Shown here piece after piece: positions 16,665 through 25,059 of a DNA stretch of 64,000 bases. The notes beneath the pieces are model-generated. The model saw only the letters and a list, made by a program, of their open reading frames with translations. It did not search any database and had not been told where the DNA came from. The stretch is from Pseudonocardiaceae bacterium (GTDB lineage Bacteria; Actinomycetota; Actinomycetes; Mycobacteriales; Pseudonocardiaceae), in assembly GCA_051984675.1 (NCBI GenBank), contig JBPYFK010000039.1, positions 5,932-69,931 on the forward strand. Reading direction: 5' to 3'. A program made the position numbers and the translations under genes. Position 1 is the stretch's first letter, and each line of letters begins with the position of its first letter.

Positions 16665-16700
16665 AACTTGTCCTGGTTCGTCCGTCAGCGGGCTGGTCGG

Positions 16701-18227
16701 TCAGTGGATGGTCGAAGCCATCGTGCTCTGGCTGAGATGCTCGCCGGACACCTCGGTGAAGGACCTGTTCCGTTCGGCGATGAGCAGGTAGATCGCTCCG
16801 GCGATGAGCGCACCGATGAACCAGGAGAACGCCGAGAGCGTTTTGAAGGTCGGCAGCAGGGCGAGCACGGCGCTGATCGCGGCAGCCGGGACGAACGCCA
16901 GCACTGCCCGGGCGTTCAGCCCGTGCCGGTAGGCGTACTCCCCGGCCGGGTCGTCGGAGTAGAGGTCGGGCACGTTGACCTTCCCCCGGCGAATCAACCA
17001 GTAGTCGACCATGATCACGCCGAACAGCGGCCCGAGCAGCGCTCCGAGACCACCGAGGAAGTAGTTCACCGCCGTGGGGCTGTTGTAGAGGTTCCACGGC
17101 AACACGGCCACGGCCAGCACCGCGCTGATGATGCCGCCACGCCGGAAGCTGATGTACTTCGGCGCCAGGTTGGCCAGGTCGTAGGCCGGCGAGACGAAGT
17201 TGGCCACGATGTTCACGCCGATGGTGGCGAAGGCGAACAGAAGCGCACCGACGACCAGCACGAAGGTGTTGGGCACCTTCGCGATGATCTCGGCCGGCTC
17301 CGTGATCACCTGCCCGAACACGGTCAGTGACCCCGCCGTGACGATGATCGAGACCATCGCGAAGGCGGTGAAGTTCACCGGCAGGCCCCAGAAGTTGCCG
17401 CGCACGATGGACTTGCGGTCCGGCGAGAATCGGGAGAAGTCGCAGAAGTTGAGCATGAGCGTGCCGTAGGTGGAGATCGTCAGGCCGGCGGCACCCAGCA
17501 TTTCCCACCACATGGCCGAGCCGTGCAGCACGTTCGGCGGGTTCCAGGCAATCTTGTCGCCGGCCAGGATCACCATCCACACCGCGAGCACCAGCATCAC
17601 GATCCAGACGATCGGTCCTGCCCAGTTCTGGAACTTGCGCACCACCTCCATGCCGTAGCTGAGGATCGCCAGCTGGACCGCCCACAGCCCGATGAAGCAG
17701 AGCCAGCCGAGCGAGGACAGCCCGAGGATCGAGTCCTGGGTCATGGGTTTCAGCGCGGGGTCGATACGCAGGGCCAGCACCACCACCGCGACCGAGGCGA
17801 GGTAAGTCTGGATGCCGTACCAGGCGATCGCGATGACCGCCCGGATCAGGGCGGGGATCTGGGCGCCGTGCACGCCGAAGCTGATGCGCGACATGACCGG
17901 GAACGGCACCCCGGTCTTCTGCCCCATCGCGCCCATCAGGTTCATCCCCCAGAAGACCACGAGGATGCCGATGAGCAGCGCGAAGAAGGAAGGCACGGCA
18001 CCGAGCCCGACGGCGAACAGGCCGGCGGCGAAGGTGTAGTTGCCGATGTTGTGCGTGTCGTTCATCCACAGCGCGAAGATGCTGTAGGTCTTCCAGCGAC
18101 GCTTCTCGGGCGGGGCGAGGTCGGCGTTGTAGAGGCGCTCGCTGACCTTGGGGGTCGTGACCGGTCGGGCCGCGCCGGTCGCCTCCGGCGTGCTGGCTCT
18201 GGTGTCGGTTTCAGCGGATTCAGACAT
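16701..18227 (-). CDS. NCS1 family nucleobase/hydantoin/allantoin:cation symporter
   Basis: ORF track 16701..18260, ATG at 18227 (MSESAETD). Twelve TM-like segments and DLAPPEKRRWKTYSIFALWMNDTHNIGNYTFAAGL, typical of NCS1 permeases. Confidence 0.85.
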   Translation of the reverse strand: MSESAETDTRASTPEATGAARPVTTPKVSERLYNADLAPPEKRRWKTYSIFALWMNDTHNIGNYTFAAGLFAVGLGAVPSFFALLIGILVVFWGMNLMGAMGQKTGVPFPVMSRISFGVHGAQIPALIRAVIAIAWYGIQTYLASVAVVVLALRIDPALKPMTQDSILGLSSLGWLCFIGLWAVQLAILSYGMEVVRKFQNWAGPIVWIVMLVLAVWMVILAGDKIAWNPPNVLHGSAMWWEMLGAAGLTISTYGTLMLNFCDFSRFSPDRKSIVRGNFWGLPVNFTAFAMVSIIVTAGSLTVFGQVITEPAEIIAKVPNTFVLVVGALLFAFATIGVNIVANFVSPAYDLANLAPKYISFRRGGIISAVLAVAVLPWNLYNSPTAVNYFLGGLGALLGPLFGVIMVDYWLIRRGKVNVPDLYSDDPAGEYAYRHGLNARAVLAFVPAAAISAVLALLPTFKTLSAFSWFIGALIAGAIYLLIAERNRSFTEVSGEHLSQSTMASTIH

Positions 18228-18369
18228 GGAATTTCCATTCCGTGATACGGAAGTATCCAACTATGTATACGTACCGTAGAGATGCCTCCGCCCCCGGTCA
18301 AGAGGAACAGCTGTTGTTGCCTGCGACGACGCCAGGTGGATCGCTACAGAGCGCGGCGCTTCGGACGCC

Positions 18370-19068
18370 TCAGAAAAGGATGCGGTCGAGCACCATGCGC
18401 CGGCTGGAGACGACGTGCCGCCGCGCGACCTCCGCCGCCCGCTCCCGATCCCCCGCCGCGATGGCGGCGTGCAGCTCCTCGTGCTCGGTACACACCCGTT
18501 CCGGTTCCAGGTTCAGCCGGAACAGCCACGCCAGCCGCCCATGCAACGGCTCCAGGATGGAGGCCAGCAGCTCGTTGCCGGACAGCGCCACGAGCTGGTC
18601 GTGGAAGGCCGCATTGGCCCTGGTCATGCCCTCGATATCGCCGGAGGAGTACGCCCGGCGGGCCTCGACGGCGAGCCCACCCATCCGCTCGACCGCGGCG
18701 GAGTCACCGCGCTCTGCGGCCAGGCCAGCGGCGAACACTTCCAGCGCTTCCCGCACCTCGAACAGCTCGGCTGCTTGACGCCGGTCCAGGCCGCGGACGA
18801 AGACACCCCGCCGCCGGGGCAACACCTCGACGAAGCCGTCGCTTTGCAGCATGCGGATGGCTTCCCGCACCGGCACCCGCGAGATCCCGAACTCGGCAGC
18901 GATGTCCTGCTCGAAGAGACGGTCTCCGGGGCGCAGCCGCCCATCGGCGATCCGCGCCTGCAATGCCTCGCGAACCTGGTCCCGCAACGGCACGCGCGCT
19001 TCGGCAGTCGACTCCTCAGTAATAGACACGCTCCTCCTCAGGTCCCGCACCAGGGTAGCGGTCGGCAT
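18370..19068 (-). CDS. GntR family (FCD domain) transcriptional regulator
   Basis: ORF track 232 aa. HTH is LRPGDRLFEQDIAAEFGISRVPVREAIRMLQSDGFVEV. It is the first gene of a co-directional GntR-NCS1-racemase unit. Confidence 0.85.
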   Translation of the reverse strand: MPTATLVRDLRRSVSITEESTAEARVPLRDQVREALQARIADGRLRPGDRLFEQDIAAEFGISRVPVREAIRMLQSDGFVEVLPRRRGVFVRGLDRRQAAELFEVREALEVFAAGLAAERGDSAAVERMGGLAVEARRAYSSGDIEGMTRANAAFHDQLVALSGNELLASILEPLHGRLAWLFRLNLEPERVCTEHEELHAAIAAGDRERAAEVARRHVVSSRRMVLDRILF

Positions 19069-19219
19069 TCCCGGCTGGCTACGCCGTGTAAGTTGGCTGT
19101 CGCGCGCACTCGGCCAATCGGAGCAGGGCTGCCCTGCATCACGAGGCCGCCGTCCGCGATGGGAGGGTTACGCCCCGTGAGATCCCGGGCCCGCGAGAAT
19201 CACCCGGAAACCGCCATGA

Positions 19220-19234
19220 TGTCCATTATGGACA
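19220..19234. promoter_or_regulatory. perfect palindrome TGTCCA-TTA-TGGACA, candidate GntR-type operator
   Basis: Read directly at 19220-19234, about 150 bp upstream of the GntR start (19068). It contains the GT...AC core common to GntR operators. Confidence 0.3.
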
Positions 19235-19249
19235 GCGAGCGGCCCCCAC

Positions 19250-19555
19250 TCAGTTCTTCGTCACGAACGCATGCAGCAGGCTGCCTCCGGCATGCGTCAG
19301 CGCGGACATGACCTCGTCGGCCGGCGCCGCCAAGGCCGAATGCATCAGCGCGAGGCCGACGACGAACGCCGCGAAGGCCACCCAGCCATGGTGATGTTTC
19401 TTCAGCACTCCGAAAACCACGGCAGCGGTGGCCAGCACCAAGATGATCAAGGCGGCGGGCAACGAGAGCACCCCCGGGGAAGGACGGACGACCTGGCGAC
19501 GTCGACAGTACGACGCCCACCCTGGCTTCCCGGGCGGGAAACTCCGTGGGATCAC
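19250..19555 (-). CDS. small hypothetical membrane protein (two hydrophobic helices)
   Basis: ORF track 101 aa. Helices LPAALIILVLATAAVVFGVL and WVAFAAFVVGLALMHSALA. The true start is probably internal. No family recognised. Confidence 0.35.
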   Translation of the reverse strand: MIPRSFPPGKPGWASYCRRRQVVRPSPGVLSLPAALIILVLATAAVVFGVLKKHHHGWVAFAAFVVGLALMHSALAAPADEVMSALTHAGGSLLHAFVTKN

Positions 19556-19649
19556 GCGACCGAGGGGCGATGAACCTGGTCAGGCGAGGCGCGGGACGTT
19601 GGCTCGTTACCGCTTGTGTCCGGCCGTTGCGCGCTCGACCTCTTCAGGC

Positions 19650-20150
19650 TCAGTAACCGCGGTAGCTTTGGCCCGACTTGAGAGCGACGATCCCCGGCAC
19701 GTTGTCCATCGACCCGTATCTCGCGATCGCATAACGCACGCCCGCGATGATGTTGTCGTCGGGATTCCAGATGTCCTTGTGCCCAGGCAACGCGTACTCG
19801 TTGAAAGTCGGATCGATGATCTGCATCAGTCCTTTCGAAGGGGTTCCCTTCGCGGCGTTGGCATCGTGGTTGTTGATCGCATTCGGATTTCCCCCCGATT
19901 CATGCTGGATGATCGTCCGAATGTCATCGGTGTTGAGCTGGGACGCCGAGTAGCCGTTGTCCTTCAGGACCGCGACCGCCTGGTTGATCCACTGGTCCAC
20001 CTGCGACGACGGCGCGGTAGACGAGGAACTGCTGGTGGGGGCGCTGGCGGGCTGCGCCTCCGCGATCTGGCAGGGGATGCACGCGACCGCACCGAGCGTG
20101 CCCACGAGCACGCCAATACGCGCCGTATGGCGAAATACCTTGAAGCGCAT
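19650..20150 (-). CDS. secreted lytic transglycosylase (SLT domain)
   Basis: ORF track 166 aa. Signal-like N-terminus MRFKVFRHTARIGVLVGTLGAVA and the SLT catalytic region IIQHESGGNPNAINNHDANAAKGTPSKGLMQIIDPTF. Confidence 0.85.
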   Translation of the reverse strand: MRFKVFRHTARIGVLVGTLGAVACIPCQIAEAQPASAPTSSSSSTAPSSQVDQWINQAVAVLKDNGYSASQLNTDDIRTIIQHESGGNPNAINNHDANAAKGTPSKGLMQIIDPTFNEYALPGHKDIWNPDDNIIAGVRYAIARYGSMDNVPGIVALKSGQSYRGY

Positions 20151-20159
20151 TGGTAGGGG

Positions 20160-20300
20160 GAACCTTTGTTCGGGGATTCGCTTCGCCGTCGGTTGGCGTG
20201 CCCCGAACTCTCACCCATCCCGGTACCGCCGACACCGTGGATTACCCCTAGTTCGGCACCTATTCATCGCGTGATCGAGCGCTCACCCCGGCGTATGGCT
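20160..20300 (-). promoter_or_regulatory. candidate ydaO/yuaA-type (cyclic-di-AMP) riboswitch in the 289-nt leader of the SLT gene
   Basis: The sense RNA contains CGCGAUGAAU, CCGAAC, UAGGGGUAAUCC, GGGUGA, GGGGCACGCCAACCGACGGCGAAGCG and GAAUCCCCGAAC. These resemble the duplicated GGGG / GAAUC / CCGAA elements of the ydaO motif. That motif is known upstream of actinobacterial cell-wall hydrolase genes. No covariance model was run. Confidence 0.4.
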
Positions 20301-20439
20301 ACGCAGCGCAATTAACCGAATGCGATGTGCGCGCGATTCCGCAGGTCCTTCCCCATCGGAAACCGCTGCGCGAAAATCAATCACAGCGTGGCCGAACGCA
20401 TCCTTTCCGACTCACCGGCGGGCAGCTGGGAGAAGGTGT

Positions 20440-21000
20440 TCAGACGGGCTTGAGGGGTCGATGTGGGAGCGGCGGTAACTCAACCTGGATCGGATCACCG
20501 GCCATGACCGTGCCGTCGACCAGGACCACACCCATGATGCCGGCCTTGCGGACAAGGTTCCCATGCTCGTCGCGGTCCAGAACGGCCTTCATCAAACCAG
20601 GTTGGAAGCCGTTGAGCTGGTGGCACGGATTGCGCAGGCCGGTTACCTCGACCTGCGCTGAGTCGCCCAGCAGCAGGCGGGTCCCGGTGGGCAAGCCGAG
20701 CAGATCGAGCCCGCGCGTCGTCATATTCTCCCCCATTTCGCCGGGGAGGACGGTGAAACCGGACGCACTGAGCTCGTCGTGCAGCTCGGCATGGATCAGA
20801 TGTACCTGGCGGAGGTTCGGCTGATCGGGATCGCGCGCTACGCGCGAGCGATGCTGGACCTTCTCACCGAGGTGCGCGTCCCCCTCCACGCCGAGTCCCG
20901 CGCGCAACCGGATTCTCGCCTGGTTCGCTTTGCTGAACGTGTGCCCGGTACTGCTGCTGACAGCGGCGACGAACCCACCCATGGGCATGCACCCCTTCAC
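20440..21000 (-). CDS. MOSC domain-containing protein
   Basis: ORF track 186 aa. Contains GLGVEGDAH, NLRQVHLIHAELHDEL, PGEMGENMTTRGLDLLGLPTGTRLLLG and the conserved Cys in VTGLRNPCHQL. Confidence 0.85.
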   Translation of the reverse strand: MKGCMPMGGFVAAVSSSTGHTFSKANQARIRLRAGLGVEGDAHLGEKVQHRSRVARDPDQPNLRQVHLIHAELHDELSASGFTVLPGEMGENMTTRGLDLLGLPTGTRLLLGDSAQVEVTGLRNPCHQLNGFQPGLMKAVLDRDEHGNLVRKAGIMGVVLVDGTVMAGDPIQVELPPLPHRPLKPV

Positions 21001-21053
21001 TGACCGCCCTCGCTGGCCATACTCTCAGCAATTCCAGGGCGTACGGGGAGAAA

Positions 21054-21545
21054 ATGCCACGAACCCCTACTACACCTGGCCGCAGGCCACTTCGTCTGAT
21101 CGGGCCAGGCCGGGGAGCGGGACGAGGTTTCGTGGATAGCGGCCGGGAAGCCCTCGCGCACTGGGTCAATGACGCGCCAGTGGAGGCGCCGGAAATGAAA
21201 CACAGCGTCATGCTCCGGGCCTGGCTCGACCACCTAGCGGACCCGGTGGGGCTTCGCGAGATGCTGGAACAGCACATCGAGTACGGGGAGACGATGCGCG
21301 CCCGCGTCCAGGCGGACATGGAAAGCGCCGCGACCAACCCGGACTGGGCTTACCCACAAGCCGTGCTGCGCTGGCGCACGCGCTACCACGAGGCCGAACA
21401 GGGCTTCGCCCAGGAACTGCCCAGCGACATCGACGAACTCGCCGGCAGGTCAGCGGACGCCGGCAAACCCGAGCGGAACCAGTCGAGCGCGCGGCACCAA
21501 GACCCGCTGACCGATCGCCGAGGGTCCGGTTTCCCTCAGTCCTGA
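21054..21545 (+). CDS. hypothetical protein with a PadR-type C-terminal domain; the N-terminal winged helix looks truncated or degenerate
   Basis: ORF track 163 aa. DSGREALAHWVNDAPVEAPEMKHSVMLRAWLDHLADP resembles the wing/linker and C-terminal domain of long PadR regulators. Too little space remains before the divergent MOSC gene for a full wHTH. Confidence 0.3.
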   Translation: MPRTPTTPGRRPLRLIGPGRGAGRGFVDSGREALAHWVNDAPVEAPEMKHSVMLRAWLDHLADPVGLREMLEQHIEYGETMRARVQADMESAATNPDWAYPQAVLRWRTRYHEAEQGFAQELPSDIDELAGRSADAGKPERNQSSARHQDPLTDRRGSGFPQS

Positions 21546-21705
21546 GTGGACTTGATGGCCCGTTTGGTCTACATCCGACAGGGCCATCCCCCGCATTATC
21601 AACACATTGCGTGTTCAGTACAGTTCGGAGCGTAGTTGACTCCCGCTCGCTCCGTGCTCCACGGCGGACAGGCGAGAAGGAAACCGGAAAGGCGTCTCAC
21701 CCCCT

Positions 21706-22866
21706 ATGCGCGTCCTCGTCACGACCATTCCCGCGTGCGGACACTTCTTCCCGATGGTTGCGCTGAGCTGGGCGCTGAGGTGCGCCGGTCATCAGGTGCT
21801 TGTCGCCGGTCCCCGGTCGATCGCCAAGGAGGCCCGGTTCGCCGGGCTGCCCAGCGCGGTGGTAGGCAGCGCTTCACCGCAGGAGATGTGGGCGAACAGC
21901 AGGAATCCGACCGGCCAGGACAACTGGGCGGTCGCGGAGTTCGGCATCGCCATCGCGGAGCAGACAGTGGACGATCTGCTGGCGCTGGCCGAGGCGTGGC
22001 GACCCGACGTGGTGATCTCCGAACCCATGGAGCTCACCGGGCCGATCGCCGCCGCCCGCAACAGCATTCCCCTCGTGTCGCACCGCTGGGGGTTGCAGTT
22101 CCCCGAGCACCTACGGACGGTGGTCGCCGCGACCATCATGCCCAGGTTGGCGGCGCTGCACGAGCGCTTCGGCCTCGATCACACCGACCGGCCGGCGGAC
22201 ATGGTCATCGAGAACTGCCCCCCGAGTCTGCGCCAAGTGGAGACCGAGGGCGCGACATCGATGCGCTATGTCCCCTACTGTGGTGCCGGGATCATGCCGG
22301 CGTGGTTGTTCGAGCCGCGCCACCGGCCCCGGATCTGCGTCTCCATGGGAAGTCTCCCGCTACGGACCGGAATCGACGGCCTGCGACTCACCGTGGACGC
22401 ACTGGCCGAGGAGCCGGTGGAGGTCGTCGTCGCCGGCGCCGGGTCGCGCGACTCGGGGCTGGGAACGCTCCCGCCCAACGCACGTGCGGCCGGCTGGCTA
22501 CCCCATGACCAGCTCCTGCCGTCCTGCGACGCCGTGGTGCACCACGCCGGAGCGGGGAGTTCGATGGTGTCGCTGATCCACGGGCTCCCGCAGCTGGTCC
22601 TTCCCCAGCTCGGCGACCAGTTCCACAACGCGGACCAGCTGGTCCGGCGCGGGGTCGCGGAGAAGGTCGAGCTGGCCAAACGGTCGGTCGACGCCATTGG
22701 CCCGGCGGTCGCATGCCTGCTGACCCGGCCGGCATACCGTCGCAACGCGCAGGAGGTCCAAGCGGAGATCGCGGCGATGCGACCACCGTCCGATGTGGTC
22801 GGGGATATCGAGAAGGTCGGAGATGTCCAGAAGGTCACCAGGAAACTCGCTGGCGAAAGGCGCTGA
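21706..22866 (+). CDS. GT1 family (MGT / natural-product type) glycosyltransferase
   Basis: ORF track 386 aa. N-terminus MRVLVTTIPACGHFFPMVALSWALRCAGHQV and the nucleotide-sugar motif HHAGAGSSMVSLIHGLPQLVLPQLGDQFHNA. Confidence 0.9.
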   Translation: MRVLVTTIPACGHFFPMVALSWALRCAGHQVLVAGPRSIAKEARFAGLPSAVVGSASPQEMWANSRNPTGQDNWAVAEFGIAIAEQTVDDLLALAEAWRPDVVISEPMELTGPIAAARNSIPLVSHRWGLQFPEHLRTVVAATIMPRLAALHERFGLDHTDRPADMVIENCPPSLRQVETEGATSMRYVPYCGAGIMPAWLFEPRHRPRICVSMGSLPLRTGIDGLRLTVDALAEEPVEVVVAGAGSRDSGLGTLPPNARAAGWLPHDQLLPSCDAVVHHAGAGSSMVSLIHGLPQLVLPQLGDQFHNADQLVRRGVAEKVELAKRSVDAIGPAVACLLTRPAYRRNAQEVQAEIAAMRPPSDVVGDIEKVGDVQKVTRKLAGERR

Positions 22867-23753
22867 TGTCACCGAAGTCCCACGGACTACGAGAACTCCG
22901 CATCGAAACACCGAGAGGCTGCCTGGGTGCGCTGGAGGTCCACCCGCCGCAGGGCGTGCCCGTCCGGGCGCACGCGATAATGGTCGGGGGATTCCTGTTC
23001 GGCAAGGAGATGTGGATACCGGCCATGCTGCGCCTTGCCCGGCATGGGTACCGCACCTGCGCCTATGACCATCTCGGCATGCCCGACTCCGCCGGCCCGG
23101 ACGATCCGGCTGCCTACACGCTGGAGCTGCTGGCCGGCGACCTGGTCGAAGCGGCTCGCCAATGGGCCAGCGGCGAGCAGGTACACGTGTTGGCGAGCTG
23201 TTTCGGGGGATTCGTGGCCCGCGTGGCGGTGCTGGTCGATCCCGATCTCGCGCGCAGCCTCGTGCTGCTGTCCTCAGGGTCCACTTTGGATGAATCGATC
23301 ACCCCTGACCTGGCGGACTACGTGGCGTCGACGCTGTCGACTCAGGGCAGGCAGGGGTTGGTCGACTGCGTGGTCAACCTGCTCGCTCGCGAACCAGAAC
23401 ATCCACCCAAACTGGGCCGGGCCTTCGAGGTCGTCCGCCGCAACCTCTTCGAAAGCCAACTCCACCATCTCATCGGGTTCGCGCGGGCGGTGGCTACGGC
23501 GGACTTCCCGGCCACGGAACTGCGTGCGGTCGACATTCCGAAGCTGGTGGCCTACGGCGCCGAGGACGGCGTTTGGACACCAGCGGTGCAAGAAGCGATG
23601 GCCCAGCGGATGGGAGCGGTCACCGTACCCATCACCGGTGCCAAGCACTCCCCCCTGCTGGAGCGCCCGACGAACGCGTCGGCGGTCCTCAAGGACTTCC
23701 TGCACACCGTCGACGAACAGGCCACCGAGGATCACCGGGTCGTGCGAACATGA
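22866..23753 (+). CDS. alpha/beta-fold hydrolase
   Basis: Frame of ORF 22713..23753. ATG at 22866 shares one base with the GT stop (TGATG). Contains HAIMVGGFLFGKEMW, a nucleophile-elbow-like VLASCFGG and GAKHSPLLE near the C-terminus. Confidence 0.8.
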   Translation: MSPKSHGLRELRIETPRGCLGALEVHPPQGVPVRAHAIMVGGFLFGKEMWIPAMLRLARHGYRTCAYDHLGMPDSAGPDDPAAYTLELLAGDLVEAARQWASGEQVHVLASCFGGFVARVAVLVDPDLARSLVLLSSGSTLDESITPDLADYVASTLSTQGRQGLVDCVVNLLAREPEHPPKLGRAFEVVRRNLFESQLHHLIGFARAVATADFPATELRAVDIPKLVAYGAEDGVWTPAVQEAMAQRMGAVTVPITGAKHSPLLERPTNASAVLKDFLHTVDEQATEDHRVVRT

Positions 23754-25024
23754 CCACGCGGAGCAGCACCACCCAGCACAGACCCACCCGACACGTGGAC
23801 GAGGCGGTCGTCCATTTCCAGCGACTCACCAAACCACGCGGTCTCGCGAACCCCTACCCCGAGTACGCCCAGCTGCGCGCGCTCGCCCCGATCCTGAAAA
23901 GCCCGCTTCCGTTCACCCTGGGCGGATACGTCCTGTCCCGCTATCAGGACTGCGCGAAGATGCTCCGCGACCGGACCTTCGTGTCGATGGACCCGCACCG
24001 GATGGACGTGGTCCACCCCTTCTGGCAAGACAGCGTGACGGCACGCTACGTGCATCAAGGGATCGGATGCCGCAACCCACCGGATCACACGCGGCTTCGC
24101 GCGGCGATGAGCCCGCACTTCACGCCCCGGCGGATCGCCTCGCTGGAGAGCCTGATCAGCGAGATCGTCGACGACCTGCTGGATGACCTGGCCGCGCGCG
24201 GGCGGCGGGAGCCCGTCGACTTCGTCGAGACCGTCGCCGGGCCCTTACCGGTCGCGCTGATGGGGGTGCTCTTCGGCATCGATCTGAGCACCGCGCGCCG
24301 GTTGGCGGCGCTCGGCCATCACACGGCCACCATCCTCGACCTCGTCCGGTCGCCCGCCCAGCAGCGGCGGATGGAGGGGGCGGGCGCCGAGCTGGTCGAG
24401 GTGTTCACCGCGCTGGTCACCGAACGGTCCGGTTCGCCGGACGACAGCCTGCTGTCGTCGGTCATCGAAGCATGTGGTGGGTCTGACGCCGCCGACGACG
24501 GCGAGCTGATCGGCAACTTGATGTTCCTGTTCACCGCCGGGCACGAGACGCTGGTCGGCTTCCTCGGACTGGCCGTGCGCACGCTGCTGGCCGAACCCGA
24601 GCAGGCCGAACTGCTGCGCCAGAATCCCGATCTCGCGGAGTCCGCCGTCGAAGAACTGCTGCGCTATGACGGCTCGATCCAGGTGGCCATCCGCATGGCG
24701 GCCGAGCCGGTGCAGCTCGGGGACCAGCGGATCGAGGCCGGGACGACGGTGCTCGGCCTGCTCGGAGCGGCCAACCGCGACCCGGAGTACGTCCCGAACC
24801 CGGACACGCTGGACATCACGCGGGAACGGGTCCGGCCGCTGAGTTTCGGCGGCGGTCCGCACTACTGCCTGGGCGCTTTCCTCGCGCGCCTGGAGGCACA
24901 AACGCTGCTCCCGCGCCTGGTGCGACGATTCCCCAGGATGCGGTTGGCCGATCCGCCCCGTTACCGGTCCCCCGGGACGACGCTGCGCGGTATCGAGCAG
25001 CTGCCGGTGTGGGTCCACGGGTAA
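23750..25024 (+). CDS. cytochrome P450
   Basis: Frame of ORF 23573..25024. ATG at 23750 overlaps the hydrolase stop (ATGA). Has I-helix FTAGHETL, EELLRY (ExxR) and heme loop FGGGPHYCLGAFLAR with the cysteine ligand present. Confidence 0.9.
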   Translation: MTTRSSTTQHRPTRHVDEAVVHFQRLTKPRGLANPYPEYAQLRALAPILKSPLPFTLGGYVLSRYQDCAKMLRDRTFVSMDPHRMDVVHPFWQDSVTARYVHQGIGCRNPPDHTRLRAAMSPHFTPRRIASLESLISEIVDDLLDDLAARGRREPVDFVETVAGPLPVALMGVLFGIDLSTARRLAALGHHTATILDLVRSPAQQRRMEGAGAELVEVFTALVTERSGSPDDSLLSSVIEACGGSDAADDGELIGNLMFLFTAGHETLVGFLGLAVRTLLAEPEQAELLRQNPDLAESAVEELLRYDGSIQVAIRMAAEPVQLGDQRIEAGTTVLGLLGAANRDPEYVPNPDTLDITRERVRPLSFGGGPHYCLGAFLARLEAQTLLPRLVRRFPRMRLADPPRYRSPGTTLRGIEQLPVWVHG

Positions 25025-25059
25025 GGCGGGGCACGCGCTGGCCAGGCTGGAGGCGCAGG

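Noticed and set aside
23700-23760. Biarylitide- or atropopeptide-style mini precursor ORF upstream of either P450 (also checked at 58780-58835)
   Set aside because: Both P450 start codons overlap the stop of a full-length upstream gene (ATGA). That leaves no room for a separate MxYxH-type mini-ORF.
23750-25024. P450 as a DesVIII/EryCII-type auxiliary partner of the glycosyltransferase
   Set aside because: Those helper proteins lack the heme-ligating cysteine. This protein retains FGGGPHYCLG and an ExxR motif, so it is more likely a catalytic P450.
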